Positions 31,280 to 42,480 are shown, numbered from the stretch's first letter. The stretch is DNA of 64,000 nt from Roseibacillus sp. (GCA_965242925.1 CBDEUM010000004.1:79031-143030); one strand, 5' to 3'. The notes: generated from the sequence alone by a model not told the origin. Numbers and translations: made by a program.

Positions 31280-33079
31280 TTATTGGTCTTTTTGCTCCCG
31301 AGCCACGCTCTTGATTTGCAGGTCACGAAGTTGGTTGGGTGCCGCAGGGGCCGGACTGGAAGTCATGAGATCGGCTCCCTTGTTGTTCTTGGGAAAGGCG
31401 ATCACCTCACGGATGGATTGCTCGCCAGCAATGAGCATGACGATGCGATCCAGACCCAGTGCGAGGCCTCCGTGGGGAGGGGCGCCGAACTGGAAGGCAT
31501 CCAGAATATGTCCGAATTCCGCCCGGGCTTTCTCCTCGCTGATGCCGAGTGCCTCGAACATGGTTGCCTGCATGTCCGCTTCATGAATTCGGATGGATCC
31601 ACCGCCCAGTTCATGGCCATTGAGGACGACGTCGTAGGCCTGTGCCCGCAAGCCTTCATATTCTCCGGACTCCAGTCTGGAGCGGTCCTCATCGACGGGC
31701 CGGGTGAAGGGATGGTGGACCGCGGCCCAGCGTCCCTCTTCCTCGTCATAGGCGAGCAGGGGGAACTCAGTCACCCACAGGAAATCAAACTCGTTTTCCT
31801 TCCCCTCCAGCAGTCCCTGCATGGAGGCGCATTCGAGGCGGATGCGGCCCAGAATTTCGCAGGCCGCCTGCCACTTGTCCGCGGCGAAAAGAACGAGGTC
31901 GCCCTCTTCCACCTCGAGTTCATCCTTCAGACCGGCCAGTTCCTCCTTGCTGAAAAACTTGGTGATCGGGGAGCGCCACGTCCCGGGATCTTCCCCCCTC
32001 ACCTGGATGTAGGCCAAGCCCCTGGCTCCATGATTCACCGCAATCTCGGTAAGCTTGTCCACCTGGCCGGTCGTGATCCCGGAAAACCCCTTGGCGTTGA
32101 TGGCCTTGACCACACCCCCGTTCGCGACCGCTCCGGAGAAGACCTTGAATCCGCTCTCCGCAAAGAGTTCGCTGAGGTCTGCAATCTCCATGCCGAAACG
32201 GCGTTCTGGCTTGTCAGAACCGAAGCGATCCATGGCGTCATGCCAGGTCATGCGCTCGAAGGGGGTGGAGATATTCAGCCCTCGACCGGCCTCGAACATC
32301 GCTGCGAGGCAACCTTCGACAAGTTCGATGATCTGATCGGGATCGGTGAAGGACGACTCAATGTCGACCTGGGTGAACTCGGGTTGACGGTCGGCCCGAA
32401 GGTCCTCGTCGCGGAAGCAGCGCGCAATCTGAAAGTAGCGCTCCACACCTGCCACCATCAGGAGTTGCTTGTACTGCTGCGGGGCCTGGGGAAGGGCATA
32501 GAAGGAACCATGATGCATCCGCGAGGGGACCAGGAAGTCCCGGGCACCCTCCGGGGTCGATTTTGATAGAATGGGAGTTTCCACCTCGATGTAACCCCTG
32601 GCATCCAGGTAATCACGGGCTGCCTTGGTAACCAGGTGCCGGATGCGTAGATTCCTTGTCAAGCGCGGACGCCGCAGGTCCAGGAACCGGTGTCTGAGGC
32701 GCAGGTCTTCATTGGACAGTTCCTTCTCCAGCTGGAACGGGAGGACCTCGGCCTTGTTGATAATGACCAGGTCGGTCGCGGCCACTTCTATCTCCCCGGT
32801 CGGTAGGTCTGGGTTGATGGTGCTCTTGCCATCAATTTCGGGGCGGGCCTCAACGCTGCCGGTCACCTGCACAACGTCCTCCGCCCGCAGGGAATGCGAA
32901 AGCTTGGCGGATTCGGCAGACTCGTCCGGACGGAAGACGCACTGCGTGAGACCTTCGCGGTCCCTTAAATCGATGAAAATGACGCCTCCATGGTCCCGGG
33001 CCGAATTGACCCAGCCAATCAGGGTGATCGTTTGACCATTGTTATCGGGACGGAGTTCGTTGCAGTGGTGTGTTCTCAT
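31280..33079 (-). CDS. aspS: Aspartyl-tRNA synthetase, likely non-discriminating
   Basis: MRTHHC, RDHGG, TPEGARDF, FRDEDLRADRQPEF and GAPPHGGLALGLDR motifs. Confidence 0.95.
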   Translation of the reverse strand: MRTHHCNELRPDNNGQTITLIGWVNSARDHGGVIFIDLRDREGLTQCVFRPDESAESAKLSHSLRAEDVVQVTGSVEARPEIDGKSTINPDLPTGEIEVAATDLVIINKAEVLPFQLEKELSNEDLRLRHRFLDLRRPRLTRNLRIRHLVTKAARDYLDARGYIEVETPILSKSTPEGARDFLVPSRMHHGSFYALPQAPQQYKQLLMVAGVERYFQIARCFRDEDLRADRQPEFTQVDIESSFTDPDQIIELVEGCLAAMFEAGRGLNISTPFERMTWHDAMDRFGSDKPERRFGMEIADLSELFAESGFKVFSGAVANGGVVKAINAKGFSGITTGQVDKLTEIAVNHGARGLAYIQVRGEDPGTWRSPITKFFSKEELAGLKDELEVEEGDLVLFAADKWQAACEILGRIRLECASMQGLLEGKENEFDFLWVTEFPLLAYDEEEGRWAAVHHPFTRPVDEDRSRLESGEYEGLRAQAYDVVLNGHELGGGSIRIHEADMQATMFEALGISEEKARAEFGHILDAFQFGAPPHGGLALGLDRIVMLIAGEQSIREVIAFPKNNKGADLMTSSPAPAAPNQLRDLQIKSVAREQKDQ

Positions 33080-33148
33080 CGAGGCTGTATTTCGGATTGC
33101 AGGCGGCTCGTCAGGCCCCACCTGAGGAGTTTTCTGTGCAGAATGCTG

Positions 33149-34444
33149 CTAGGCAATCAGGGGGCCATCTGGCTGGTCGAGACGGGTGCGCAGCAGTTCG
33201 ATGGGATCTGAATCTGGTGAAATGGACTCTTCGGTGCGGGAATTGAGATTCCTGAGGGTGAGTGCAGGGAACTCGCTGCCAACAACGAAGGCGAACCGTG
33301 CGAGGGTCTGGTCAGCGGCCTTGAATTGCTTGTTTATCCTGAGAGGGGCAAGGGGGTAATCGGCACCGAGACCGGATTCGCGGAGGGTGTTCACGAGTTT
33401 GACGGCTTCGGCGCGCTTCGATTCATCCGCAATGACTACGTAGGCATCGCAGGTGGACTGACGCTGGAGCCAGGCCTGGTACTGGGCGAGGGGACCAGCG
33501 GTCTCATTGAGGAGTTCCATGATTACACAATCTCCCATGGCGTAACCGGTGGCAGGAAGATCGATTGAATCATCCGTGACGATTGATACGAGGGAATCAT
33601 AGCGCCCACCTCCCGCCACGGAACGGAGGGTCTTTCCGGCATCGAAAACCTCGAAAACAACTCCGGTGTAGTAGGCCAGGCCGCGCACGATCGAGAGGTC
33701 AATCGCGGCGAAGCGATCAAGGCCGCGGATTGCGAGATCTGAAAGAACGGCGGACAGGTTCGCGGAACATTCCCCGTCGGCGTCCTGAATGAACGAAAGG
33801 ACGGTTTCCAACTCAACGGAGAAGGGTTTCAGGCGCTCCCGGAGTTTTTCTTCCGGATCACGCTCAATCTTGTCGACTACTTGAAGGAAGGCATCCAGTT
33901 GGGTGTCGCTTATGCCATTGCCCCGGCAAAATTCGAGCCAGGCTTCACGGTCCGAAAGACGCACGCAGAACTCTCCCTCGCTGAAGCCAAGCTCCCGCAT
34001 GACATCTATGGAGAGTGCGATCAGTTCGGCATCGGCGGAGGGAGAGGATTCCCCCAGGATGTCGGCGTTGAACTGGTAGAACTCCCGGGACCGCCCACGT
34101 TGCGGTTTTTCATAACGGAAGCAGCGGCCGATTTCAAACCACTTGAGGGGTTTCGGGTAGTCGCGCTGCTGGGCCGCTGTGATGCGGGCGAGGGAAGCGG
34201 TAAGCTCCGGGCGAAGAACCACATCCCGTCCCCCCTTGTCCTCAAAGCGGAAGAGTTGCTCGCTCAACTCGCCACCGGACTTCTTGAGATAGAGTTCGGC
34301 GCTTTCGAGCAGGGGCGCCTCATATTCCGAGAACCCGTAACGCCTGGCTACACGGGTCCAGGCCTCGAACAGATAGCGAGACAACTGCCGCTGCCGCGGC
34401 GAAAAGTCGCGGAATCCTGGTAGTGGTTGGAAGTTCGATCCCAT
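33149..34444 (-). CDS. hisS: Histidyl-tRNA synthetase
   Basis: LRPELTAS, FRYEKPQRGR.REFYQ, VRGLAYYTG and GGGRYD motifs. Confidence 0.95.
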   Translation of the reverse strand: MGSNFQPLPGFRDFSPRQRQLSRYLFEAWTRVARRYGFSEYEAPLLESAELYLKKSGGELSEQLFRFEDKGGRDVVLRPELTASLARITAAQQRDYPKPLKWFEIGRCFRYEKPQRGRSREFYQFNADILGESSPSADAELIALSIDVMRELGFSEGEFCVRLSDREAWLEFCRGNGISDTQLDAFLQVVDKIERDPEEKLRERLKPFSVELETVLSFIQDADGECSANLSAVLSDLAIRGLDRFAAIDLSIVRGLAYYTGVVFEVFDAGKTLRSVAGGGRYDSLVSIVTDDSIDLPATGYAMGDCVIMELLNETAGPLAQYQAWLQRQSTCDAYVVIADESKRAEAVKLVNTLRESGLGADYPLAPLRINKQFKAADQTLARFAFVVGSEFPALTLRNLNSRTEESISPDSDPIELLRTRLDQPDGPLIA

Positions 34445-34651
34445 TGGGTCCTGAAGCGGGCGGGGAGGATAGGGACGCAGGCACGCTTGTCGAGGAGCGA
34501 GGCGGAAATCCGGTATTTGGCGGTGACAGGAAGGTGATGGCGCGGGATCCGGCAGGTCGTGTCCCTGGACAGAATCCACACTCAATTAGTATCTTTTCCT
34601 TGAATGTCGAAAATACTGTAAGGGGAACGCCCGCACGATGCCAGTCCGGAA

Positions 34652-35668
34652 GTGCCGCGCTCAATATCATTTTCAGAGGTATTGGCGGCGAGATCAGGTG
34701 GTCGAGTTTCGAGTTGGCAAAACAGTAGTGCCAATCTGAAATCCGGCATCACACAGTCGCCGTTTCAAATCCTGCTCTATTATCTCTACCGTTCACTGGT
34801 GGATGCAGGAGGCTATTTTGAGGAACATCGCATCCTCTGTGAGCGACTTGGCCTGCGTGGTCGGATCCTGATTGCAGAGGAGGGCTTGAACGGAACGGTC
34901 TCGGGACCCAGCAAGATGACCGAGGAATACATGAGAATCCTCCAGAGAGACGAACGGACGAAGGGAATCGAATTCAAGGTGGATTCCTCCCGTGCCCACG
35001 CCTTCCCCAAGCTTGATATCAAATTGCGGAACGAACTGGTGACCCTCGCTCTGGGAGAGGATGATTTCTCTTCCATGGAAGAAACGGGGCGGCATCTGTC
35101 TCCGGCCGAGTGGCGGGTGCTAATGGAGAAGGAGGACGCAGTGATGATTGATGTGCGTAATCAGTATGAATGGGAACTGGGACACTTTGAAGGGGCCCTC
35201 CTTCCCCGGGTGCAGAGCTTCCGGGAATTCCCTGAATGGGTGCGTAGAAATCGATCCCAACTCAAGGGGAAGAAAATACTGACTTACTGTACTGGCGGTG
35301 TTCGTTGTGAGAAATTCAGCGGGTTCCTTCTCCGGGAGGGGTTCGAGGAGGTCTTTCAGCTGGGGGGTGGAATCGTGTCCTACGGAAGGGATCCCGCTGT
35401 GCAAGGGGAGAAGTTTCTCGGCAAATGCTACGTTTTTGACGAGCGGATTGGTGTCGAGGTGAATCGTACGGTGGACGCGACAATCATCTCACGGTGTGAT
35501 CATTGCGGCACTACCTGCGATCGCTATGTGAACTGCTCCTGGAGCCAATGCAACAGGCAGCACTTTTGTTGTGAGGCCTGCGAGGATGATGTGATGGGTT
35601 ATTGTAATTCAGTCTGCAGGAAAGCGGCGGTGGTTTCTCTTGCTGCCCGGGGTCACGCAAGCGATTGA
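34652..35668 (+). CDS. trhO: Rhodanese-domain tRNA uridine(34) hydroxylase (YceA/TrhO)
   Basis: GRILIAEEGLNGT, DVRN.YE..GHF, YCTGGVRCEK and GKCYVFDER motifs; true start uncertain. Confidence 0.85.
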   Translation: MPRSISFSEVLAARSGGRVSSWQNSSANLKSGITQSPFQILLYYLYRSLVDAGGYFEEHRILCERLGLRGRILIAEEGLNGTVSGPSKMTEEYMRILQRDERTKGIEFKVDSSRAHAFPKLDIKLRNELVTLALGEDDFSSMEETGRHLSPAEWRVLMEKEDAVMIDVRNQYEWELGHFEGALLPRVQSFREFPEWVRRNRSQLKGKKILTYCTGGVRCEKFSGFLLREGFEEVFQLGGGIVSYGRDPAVQGEKFLGKCYVFDERIGVEVNRTVDATIISRCDHCGTTCDRYVNCSWSQCNRQHFCCEACEDDVMGYCNSVCRKAAVVSLAARGHASD

Positions 35669-35716
35669 ATCCCTGCCCGGGCGGAGACTGTCCGACAGAA
35701 ATCTTCTGAGATCAAG

Positions 35717-36697
35717 ATGACCGAGTCCCCAGCCCCCGACGATCAGCTCAAGCTCGAATTCGAGACCCCTCAGTTCCTGCATTCACTCTTCGCGAACGAT
35801 CCGCGGGAAATGAAATACGCAGAGGAAAGGCTCGGGGTGCGAGCAGTCACGCGGAACGGCTGGATTCTATTCAGTGGTCCACGCGAGGGGCTGAAAATGG
35901 CAAAGCGGCTCTTCTCTGATCTGGAGGAGGCCCGGCGGACCGGTGCGTGCATCGATCTGTCGGACTTCCGCCGGGCGGTTGACTTGGTGGCCGGGGACGA
36001 GGGTAGGAGCCTGGCCGAGTTGCACGCCTTCCGCCTGCTTGGCTCGCGCTCGCGGAAGGCGGTTACACCACGGACCCTGCACCAGCTGGAGTATGTGGAG
36101 GCCATGACCCGTTACCCGGTGGTCTTCGGGTTGGGGCCAGCGGGCACCGGAAAGACTTATCTGGCAATGGCGATGGCGCTTTCCCGCTTAAAGAAGGGAG
36201 AGATCGCTCGGGTTATACTGACCCGACCCGCCGTCGAAGCGGGAGAGGCCCTCGGTTTTCTGCCGGGTGACCTTCAGGAGAAGGTCGCACCCTACCTGCG
36301 TCCGCTTTATGATGCCTTGGATGATATCCTCGAGCCTGAGGAGGGACACCGCTATCTGGAGGACGGGACGATTGAAATTGCACCGCTGGCCTACATGCGT
36401 GGACGCACCCTGGCCCATTCCTGCGTTATTCTGGACGAGGCTCAGAATACGACCCGGGAACAAATGTTCATGCTTCTTACGCGGTTGGGTGAAGGGTCCT
36501 GCTGTGTCGTCACCGGGGATGGAACCCAAGTGGATTTAGGGGAGGGGACACCCTCCGGGCTGAGAGAGGCTGAACAGGCCCTCGCGGAGGTTTCAGGAGT
36601 GGGATTCGTTCATTTTTCGCAGGCCGATGTGGTGCGGCATCCGGTGGTCGGTGAAATAATTGACGCCTACGAAAAACACAGGATTTGCGATGAATAG
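35717..36697 (+). CDS. phoH: PhoH family ATPase
   Basis: GPAGTGKT, RPAVEAGE.LGFLPG, AYMRGRT and DEAQN motifs. Confidence 0.92.
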   Translation: MTESPAPDDQLKLEFETPQFLHSLFANDPREMKYAEERLGVRAVTRNGWILFSGPREGLKMAKRLFSDLEEARRTGACIDLSDFRRAVDLVAGDEGRSLAELHAFRLLGSRSRKAVTPRTLHQLEYVEAMTRYPVVFGLGPAGTGKTYLAMAMALSRLKKGEIARVILTRPAVEAGEALGFLPGDLQEKVAPYLRPLYDALDDILEPEEGHRYLEDGTIEIAPLAYMRGRTLAHSCVILDEAQNTTREQMFMLLTRLGEGSCCVVTGDGTQVDLGEGTPSGLREAEQALAEVSGVGFVHFSQADVVRHPVVGEIIDAYEKHRICDE

Positions 36698-36825
36698 GCC
36701 GATTGGATCTGACAACCGGGACAGAATGACGCGCTGTTAGCTTGAATCACGTTGTAAATGGCCCGGGTGGTTGCTAACCTTCCCGCCGCGACGTTCGCAA
36801 GCAGCAGCTTCTGATCGTCCGGATT

Positions 36826-38514
36826 GTGTTACTGAACCCCGTGGAACTCCTCGATTCCATCAGGCGGCGTCGCTTGAGCAAAAAGGGCCTCTCCTCCGGC
36901 AAGAAGCGCCGTACCCAGGCGGATGGCCCGGTGGCCAGCAGGCTGGATCGCAGCACTGTGCTGCGCTATTCGGTTTACGGAGCCTTCGCCCTCCTCATGG
37001 CGGCCCTGGCGTTTCACTTTGCCAATGGCGACGGGGCAGGGTCGCGGCCGTATTCCACAGTGCTTTCCAGTCTTCTGGTGGTGGGTATGGCGGTTTTTCT
37101 TTTTGAAGCGTGCCACCCGAAAACCGCCCGCCGAAACGGCCACGTCTTTCTCATCTTCTGCTGCCTGGCAGTCCAATTGAGCTGCGTCCGGCTCGTCTCT
37201 GTAATGGTCGATGCGAATTCCTTCCTGGGAGAGCCGTTCAAGCTGCTTCTTGTTCCCTATGCGTTCGCTCCCATGATCCTTTCTGTTCTCCTGAGAACCA
37301 ACCTGGGACTTTACGCAGTAGCCGGCGCCACGCTGCTTGGTGCGTTCTTGATGCCCGCGGAGGCGCTCCTCCCGTATCTTGTGATGAGCGTGGTATGCGG
37401 ATTGGCAGCGGTCCTTGTAACCCGGCAGGTGCGTAAACGGGGCCGTCTCCTCCGGGCTGGGTTTTACGTGGGAGGAGCAGCGGTTCTCCTGGCCTGCAGT
37501 TTCAACATTATTTCTCTGGGTTCGCTGATCGGGGGAGGGATGGTCGAATGGCAGACCTTTGGAATCGAGATCGCCTCGGCATTTGGAGTCGGACTACTGA
37601 CGGGCATGATCGTGTCCGGACTCCTGCCCATGCTTGAGTCAACCTTTACGCTCACCACCGACATAAGCTGGCTTGAGCTCAGCGACCTCAACCACAAGCT
37701 CCTGCGCCGCATGCAACTGGAGGCTCCTGGCACCTTCCATCACAGCATGGTTGTGGCTTCGCTTTCCGAAGCAGCGGCGGAAGAGATCGGAGCAAATCCC
37801 ATGATGTGCCGGGTCTGTTCCTATTTTCATGACATCGGCAAGCTCAACAAACCGGCATACTTCATCGAAAACCAGGGAGAGAGTAATCCCCACGACTCGC
37901 TCACTCCAACCATGAGTGCCCTCGTGATCGTTGCGCACGTCAAGGATGGCCTGGATATGGCAATCAAGAGCAAGCTTAACCCTCGAATCATCGACGTGAT
38001 TCGTGAACATCATGGAGACTCCCTGGTTTACTTCTTTTACCGCAAGGCCCAGGAGCAACGGCGAGTTGAGGAAGGAAAGGTGCAGGAAGGCATCGAAAAT
38101 CCCGAAGATGTGCCCGAGGTTAACGCGAAGAATTTTCGCTACCCGGGGCCGACGCCCCAAACCCGGGAGAGTGGAATCATCTCCCTGGCCGATGCGGTAG
38201 AAAGTGCGTCCCGAAGTCTGCGCAAACCAACTCCTGGCAAAATAAGGACCCTCGTCGATGAGATCGTGTTCAACCGGATCAAGGATGGACAGCTGGACAA
38301 CTGCGGACTCACGGCAAGTGATCTCCGGAAGAGCCGGGACAGCTTTGCCAAGACCCTCCGCAGCATGATGCACAGCCGGATTGATTATCCCAAGCGAGAG
38401 AAACAGCCGAGCGATGATCGCGATGAGCCCCCCACTGCCGGAGGCAGAGTGAAGAACGTGGTCTCGGTTGAGGAACTGGAGAAACACCGTCGCAGGGCCG
38501 CCGGAAATTCCTGA
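36826..38514 (+). CDS. 7TM-HD phosphohydrolase (PgpH-like)
   Basis: TM region followed by APGTFHHS, HDIGK, EHHG and LADAVESASR; conserved phoH-HD-ybeY context. Confidence 0.85.
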   Translation: MLLNPVELLDSIRRRRLSKKGLSSGKKRRTQADGPVASRLDRSTVLRYSVYGAFALLMAALAFHFANGDGAGSRPYSTVLSSLLVVGMAVFLFEACHPKTARRNGHVFLIFCCLAVQLSCVRLVSVMVDANSFLGEPFKLLLVPYAFAPMILSVLLRTNLGLYAVAGATLLGAFLMPAEALLPYLVMSVVCGLAAVLVTRQVRKRGRLLRAGFYVGGAAVLLACSFNIISLGSLIGGGMVEWQTFGIEIASAFGVGLLTGMIVSGLLPMLESTFTLTTDISWLELSDLNHKLLRRMQLEAPGTFHHSMVVASLSEAAAEEIGANPMMCRVCSYFHDIGKLNKPAYFIENQGESNPHDSLTPTMSALVIVAHVKDGLDMAIKSKLNPRIIDVIREHHGDSLVYFFYRKAQEQRRVEEGKVQEGIENPEDVPEVNAKNFRYPGPTPQTRESGIISLADAVESASRSLRKPTPGKIRTLVDEIVFNRIKDGQLDNCGLTASDLRKSRDSFAKTLRSMMHSRIDYPKREKQPSDDRDEPPTAGGRVKNVVSVEELEKHRRRAAGNS

Positions 38515-38527
38515 AGGGAGCAGAGGA

Positions 38528-38983
38528 GTGAGTACGGATGCGAGGAGGGTTCAGGTCCACAATCGGCAGGCATGGCGCCAGCTTCCCGGAGAGTTGGCCG
38601 CATCCCTTGAGAGATGTGGGGAGGCCGCTCTTGGGCTGCTTGAGGAGCGATACCTCGCACGGGTTAAGCTTCCCGGGTTAGTAAGTGTCTCGCTGATCGA
38701 TGATCCTGAGATTCAGCGGGTGCATACACAATTCATGGACAACCCGGACCCCACGGATGTGATCACTTTCCCCTATGGAGAGGAAGGTGATGTCCTGATC
38801 AGCGTAGAAACTGCCGCCCGTCAGGCTGAGCAGCTTGGAGCCTCGTTCGAGCGTGAAATTGCGCTCTATCTAATCCATGGCCTCCTCCATCTGGCCGGTT
38901 ACGACGATACCACGCCGGCCGCACGAGAGGAAATGGACAAGCTGCAGGAGTCCTTGCTGACCAAGGTGCTTGGAAGCCCATGA
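38528..38983 (+). CDS. ybeY: rRNA maturation RNase YbeY
   Basis: PTDVITF and HGLLHLAGYD motifs. Confidence 0.9.
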   Translation: MSTDARRVQVHNRQAWRQLPGELAASLERCGEAALGLLEERYLARVKLPGLVSVSLIDDPEIQRVHTQFMDNPDPTDVITFPYGEEGDVLISVETAARQAEQLGASFEREIALYLIHGLLHLAGYDDTTPAAREEMDKLQESLLTKVLGSP

Positions 38984-39097
38984 AGCTTCTCCGCCGGGCA
39001 AATCCGGGGTTGCCAATGGGGAGCACCTTGACCATCTTTCTGTCCGCCCCGTTGTGTATTTCAGGACAAAAGGGGCCCCACCCACCGATCGCCCATC

Positions 39098-40774
39098 GTG
39101 TATTCAAATCAAGGTTATCTCAGCGAGTTGTTAGTTGAGCGGGGGGTCATCACCCCTGAGGAGATTGAAAAGGCACGCGAAGGAGTGAGCCCGAATCAGG
39201 GTGTCGTTGATCTGCTCGTGGCCGTGGGCGACGTTTCCGAGGAACAGGTAGCGCAGACCATCGCAGCGAGTGCCGGCACGGACTACATCGACATCAACCA
39301 GCATTCTTTCACGGAGCAGGTCTTTCAGGCCATGGATGTGGAGGTGGCGCAACGCTTCCAAGCGGTACCCCTTCAGGATGATGGCACCTACATGACGGTG
39401 GCAGTTGCTGATGCCCTGGACTTTGAAACCCTCGACAGTCTCCCTCATGTGGTCGGGCGGGAGGTGAATTTTGTGGCCGCCACGCCCTCGGCTATCACCA
39501 AGGCTCTGCACGATAATTATGGAGTGGAGTCAGAAGGAGAGGACAGTGGAACCTCATTTACAGTCATCACCGAAGGTGAGACGGAGGTGGCCGACGCAAA
39601 TGACGCTCCCATCATCCGGATGGTTTCCAACATGTTGCTGGAAGCGTTTCGGATGCGCGCTTCCGATATCCATGTTGAGCCGCTGGAGACCACGCTGCGT
39701 ATTCGTTTCCGGGTGGATGGTCGACTGATGGAGATTGATAGTCATCCCAAGCGACTCCTCCCGGCCATTGTGGCCCGAGTGAAGGTCATGAGTGGAACCA
39801 TGAGCATCGCGGAGAAGCGTATTCCCCAGGATGGGCGTATTCAGATGCGTATCGGGGGGAAGGAGGTTGACCTCCGTGTTTCGACCGTGCCGAGCAACCA
39901 CGGAGAGAGCATCGTGATGCGGATACTTGACAAGTCCTCGCTCCTCCTCGGCCTGCCCGAGCTTGGGTTTTTCACGGACGATGAGCAGATCATGCGCGAA
40001 TTGATGGGTCTTCCCGACGGCATCATCCTCGTGACCGGTCCCACCGGATCCGGAAAGACCACCACCCTCTACGCCTGCCTCAACTACATCAACAAGCCCG
40101 ATCGGAAGATCATCACGGTGGAGGATCCCATCGAATACCAATTGGCTGGGATCAACCAGGTCATGGTGAAATCCGACATTGGGATGACCTTCGGGGCCGC
40201 CCTGCGGGCCATGCTGCGTCAGGCGCCGAACATCATCATGGTGGGTGAGATCCGGGATGTTGAGACTGCCAACATTGCGATAAATGCTTCTCTCACCGGT
40301 CACCTTGTCTTTTCCACCCTGCACACCAATGATGCTCCCAGTGCAGTGGCTCGACTCGCGGATATCGGGGTTCAGCGATTCCTCATAGCCTCGGCCGTGC
40401 GGGCCGTGATGGCACAACGACTGGTTCGATCTCTGTGCAAGGATTGCAAGGGGCCGGGTGAGCTGACGGAGTCGGAAATGCGCCTCCTGCGCCTCGATCA
40501 ATCCCAACTGGCGGAGAGCGCCATCATGGGGCCCAACGGTTGCGACAGTTGCAGGAAAGGGGGCTACCGGGGACGTCAGGGCATCTTTGAAATCTTTGAG
40601 GTGGACGATGAAGTCCGCCACCTCATCAACGAAAACCTCAGCACTCCGAAACTACGTAGCAGGGCACGCGAACTGGGAATGCGGACCTTGCGAGAGGATG
40701 GCATAAGGAAAGTTCTTGCCGGGATTACCTCCGCCTCGGAGGTGATCGCAGTCACGATGTCGGACGCCGATTAA
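39098..40774 (+). CDS. PilB/GspE family ATPase
   Basis: ASDIHVEP, GPTGSGKTT, LRQAPN and TGHLVFSTLHTN motifs. Confidence 0.9.
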   Translation: MYSNQGYLSELLVERGVITPEEIEKAREGVSPNQGVVDLLVAVGDVSEEQVAQTIAASAGTDYIDINQHSFTEQVFQAMDVEVAQRFQAVPLQDDGTYMTVAVADALDFETLDSLPHVVGREVNFVAATPSAITKALHDNYGVESEGEDSGTSFTVITEGETEVADANDAPIIRMVSNMLLEAFRMRASDIHVEPLETTLRIRFRVDGRLMEIDSHPKRLLPAIVARVKVMSGTMSIAEKRIPQDGRIQMRIGGKEVDLRVSTVPSNHGESIVMRILDKSSLLLGLPELGFFTDDEQIMRELMGLPDGIILVTGPTGSGKTTTLYACLNYINKPDRKIITVEDPIEYQLAGINQVMVKSDIGMTFGAALRAMLRQAPNIIMVGEIRDVETANIAINASLTGHLVFSTLHTNDAPSAVARLADIGVQRFLIASAVRAVMAQRLVRSLCKDCKGPGELTESEMRLLRLDQSQLAESAIMGPNGCDSCRKGGYRGRQGIFEIFEVDDEVRHLINENLSTPKLRSRARELGMRTLREDGIRKVLAGITSASEVIAVTMSDAD

Positions 40775-40800
40775 TTTCAATCCTAACGCACCAGATTCAA

Positions 40801-42480
40801 ATGGATGATCGCAACGTCTTGGACCTCTTCGTCAGCAGAGGGATGATTGATTCCTCGCTGGCCGAGGACATGCTCCACGAGATTGAAGCCAGCGGGAAGG
40901 ATGTGGGGGATATCCTGACGGATTTCCAGGTAGTTCAGTCCCGGGAGGACATGTGGGCGGTCATTGCCCAGGAACTTGGAGCGGAGCTGGTGGACCTTGC
41001 TGATTTCGTAGCTCCTGAAGAACTGCTGGCGGTCATTCCTGCGCCGATGGCGCGGCTTCATGGCGCGCTGCCCATTAACTTTGATGCAGAGGGCATTACG
41101 GTGGCCCTCCTCGATCCCATGAATCCGCAGACCGTTGAGGACCTGCGCTTCGCGCTGGGGAAGGAGATCAAGGTCGTGGTCGCACCCGTGCATGTGGTGG
41201 AGAAGAAGATCAACGAGGCTTACAGCGGGGGGGCGGATGAAGGGGCCGCCATGGCCGAATTGCTGGGAGAGCTCGATAATGACGGGAAGAATTTATCGGA
41301 GCAGGAACTGGCTGACGAAGCCAATTCCGCGCCGATTGTGCGCTATGTCGACCTGGTCATCTACCAGGCTATCAAGGAGCGTGCCTCCGATATTCACTTC
41401 GAACCATTTGAGAAGGACTTCAAGATCCGCTATCGGGTGGATGGTTCTCTCTATGAGATGGCTCCTCCCCCCGTGCACCTTGCCCTGCCGATTCTCTCCC
41501 GGGTAAAGGTCATGTCGAACATGAACATTGCTGAGCGCCGGGTTCCCCAGGATGGGAGGATCGTGAAGCAGATCGGGGATCAGCAGATCGATTTGCGTGT
41601 TTCTTCGCTGCCCACCTCGTTTGGGGAAAGCGTCGTCCTGCGTGTTCTTGATCGCGCCAACGTCAACCTGTCTCTCGATGTCCTCGGTCTTCCCAGGCAC
41701 GTTGAAGAATACGTGAACACCACCATCAAGAAGCCAAACGGTATCTTTGTGGTGACCGGACCCACCGGGGCGGGCAAGACGACCACCCTCTACGCCGCCC
41801 TGAAGGAAATCAACACCATCGACACGAAGCTCCTGACGGCGGAGGATCCGGTGGAATATGATATCGACGGGATTATCCAGGTTCCCGTCAACGATGCCAT
41901 CGAACTCAGCTTTGCGCGCATTCTTCGTGCATTCCTCCGGCAGGATCCGGACAAGATTCTGGTGGGTGAGATCCGGGACCTGGAGACCGCCCAGATAGCC
42001 ATCCAGGCCTCGCTGACCGGTCACCTGGTCCTCTCGACACTCCACACCAACGATGCCGCAGGATCCATCACGCGGCTGGTGGACATGGGAACGGAGCCCT
42101 TCCTGGTGGCAGCCTCCCTTGAGGGCATCCTGGCGCAGCGTCTGGTCCGGACCATCTGCAAGGATTGCCGCGACAGCTACGAGCCCAATGAGGCCATCCT
42201 GAACCAACTCGACCTCTCGGCTCACGAACTGGGAGATAAGCACTTCTATACGGGACGTGGTTGCGACATTTGCAGTCAGAGCGGACTGCGTGGACGCCGC
42301 GGCCTGTTTGAACTGTTGAGCGTCTCCGACCCCATCCGGGAGATGATCACGGATCGGGCACCCACCGTGGCCCTGAAGCAGAAGGCAATCGAACTCGGCA
42401 TGACAACCCTCCGGGAAGATGGCCTTCGCAATATCTACGAGGGCACCACGACGATTGAAGAAGTCCTCAAGTACACGTAG
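40801..42480 (+). CDS. PilB/GspE family ATPase, tandem paralogue
   Basis: ASDIHFEP, GPTGAGKTT, LRQDPD and TGHLVLSTLHTN motifs. Confidence 0.9.
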   Translation: MDDRNVLDLFVSRGMIDSSLAEDMLHEIEASGKDVGDILTDFQVVQSREDMWAVIAQELGAELVDLADFVAPEELLAVIPAPMARLHGALPINFDAEGITVALLDPMNPQTVEDLRFALGKEIKVVVAPVHVVEKKINEAYSGGADEGAAMAELLGELDNDGKNLSEQELADEANSAPIVRYVDLVIYQAIKERASDIHFEPFEKDFKIRYRVDGSLYEMAPPPVHLALPILSRVKVMSNMNIAERRVPQDGRIVKQIGDQQIDLRVSSLPTSFGESVVLRVLDRANVNLSLDVLGLPRHVEEYVNTTIKKPNGIFVVTGPTGAGKTTTLYAALKEINTIDTKLLTAEDPVEYDIDGIIQVPVNDAIELSFARILRAFLRQDPDKILVGEIRDLETAQIAIQASLTGHLVLSTLHTNDAAGSITRLVDMGTEPFLVAASLEGILAQRLVRTICKDCRDSYEPNEAILNQLDLSAHELGDKHFYTGRGCDICSQSGLRGRRGLFELLSVSDPIREMITDRAPTVALKQKAIELGMTTLREDGLRNIYEGTTTIEEVLKYT

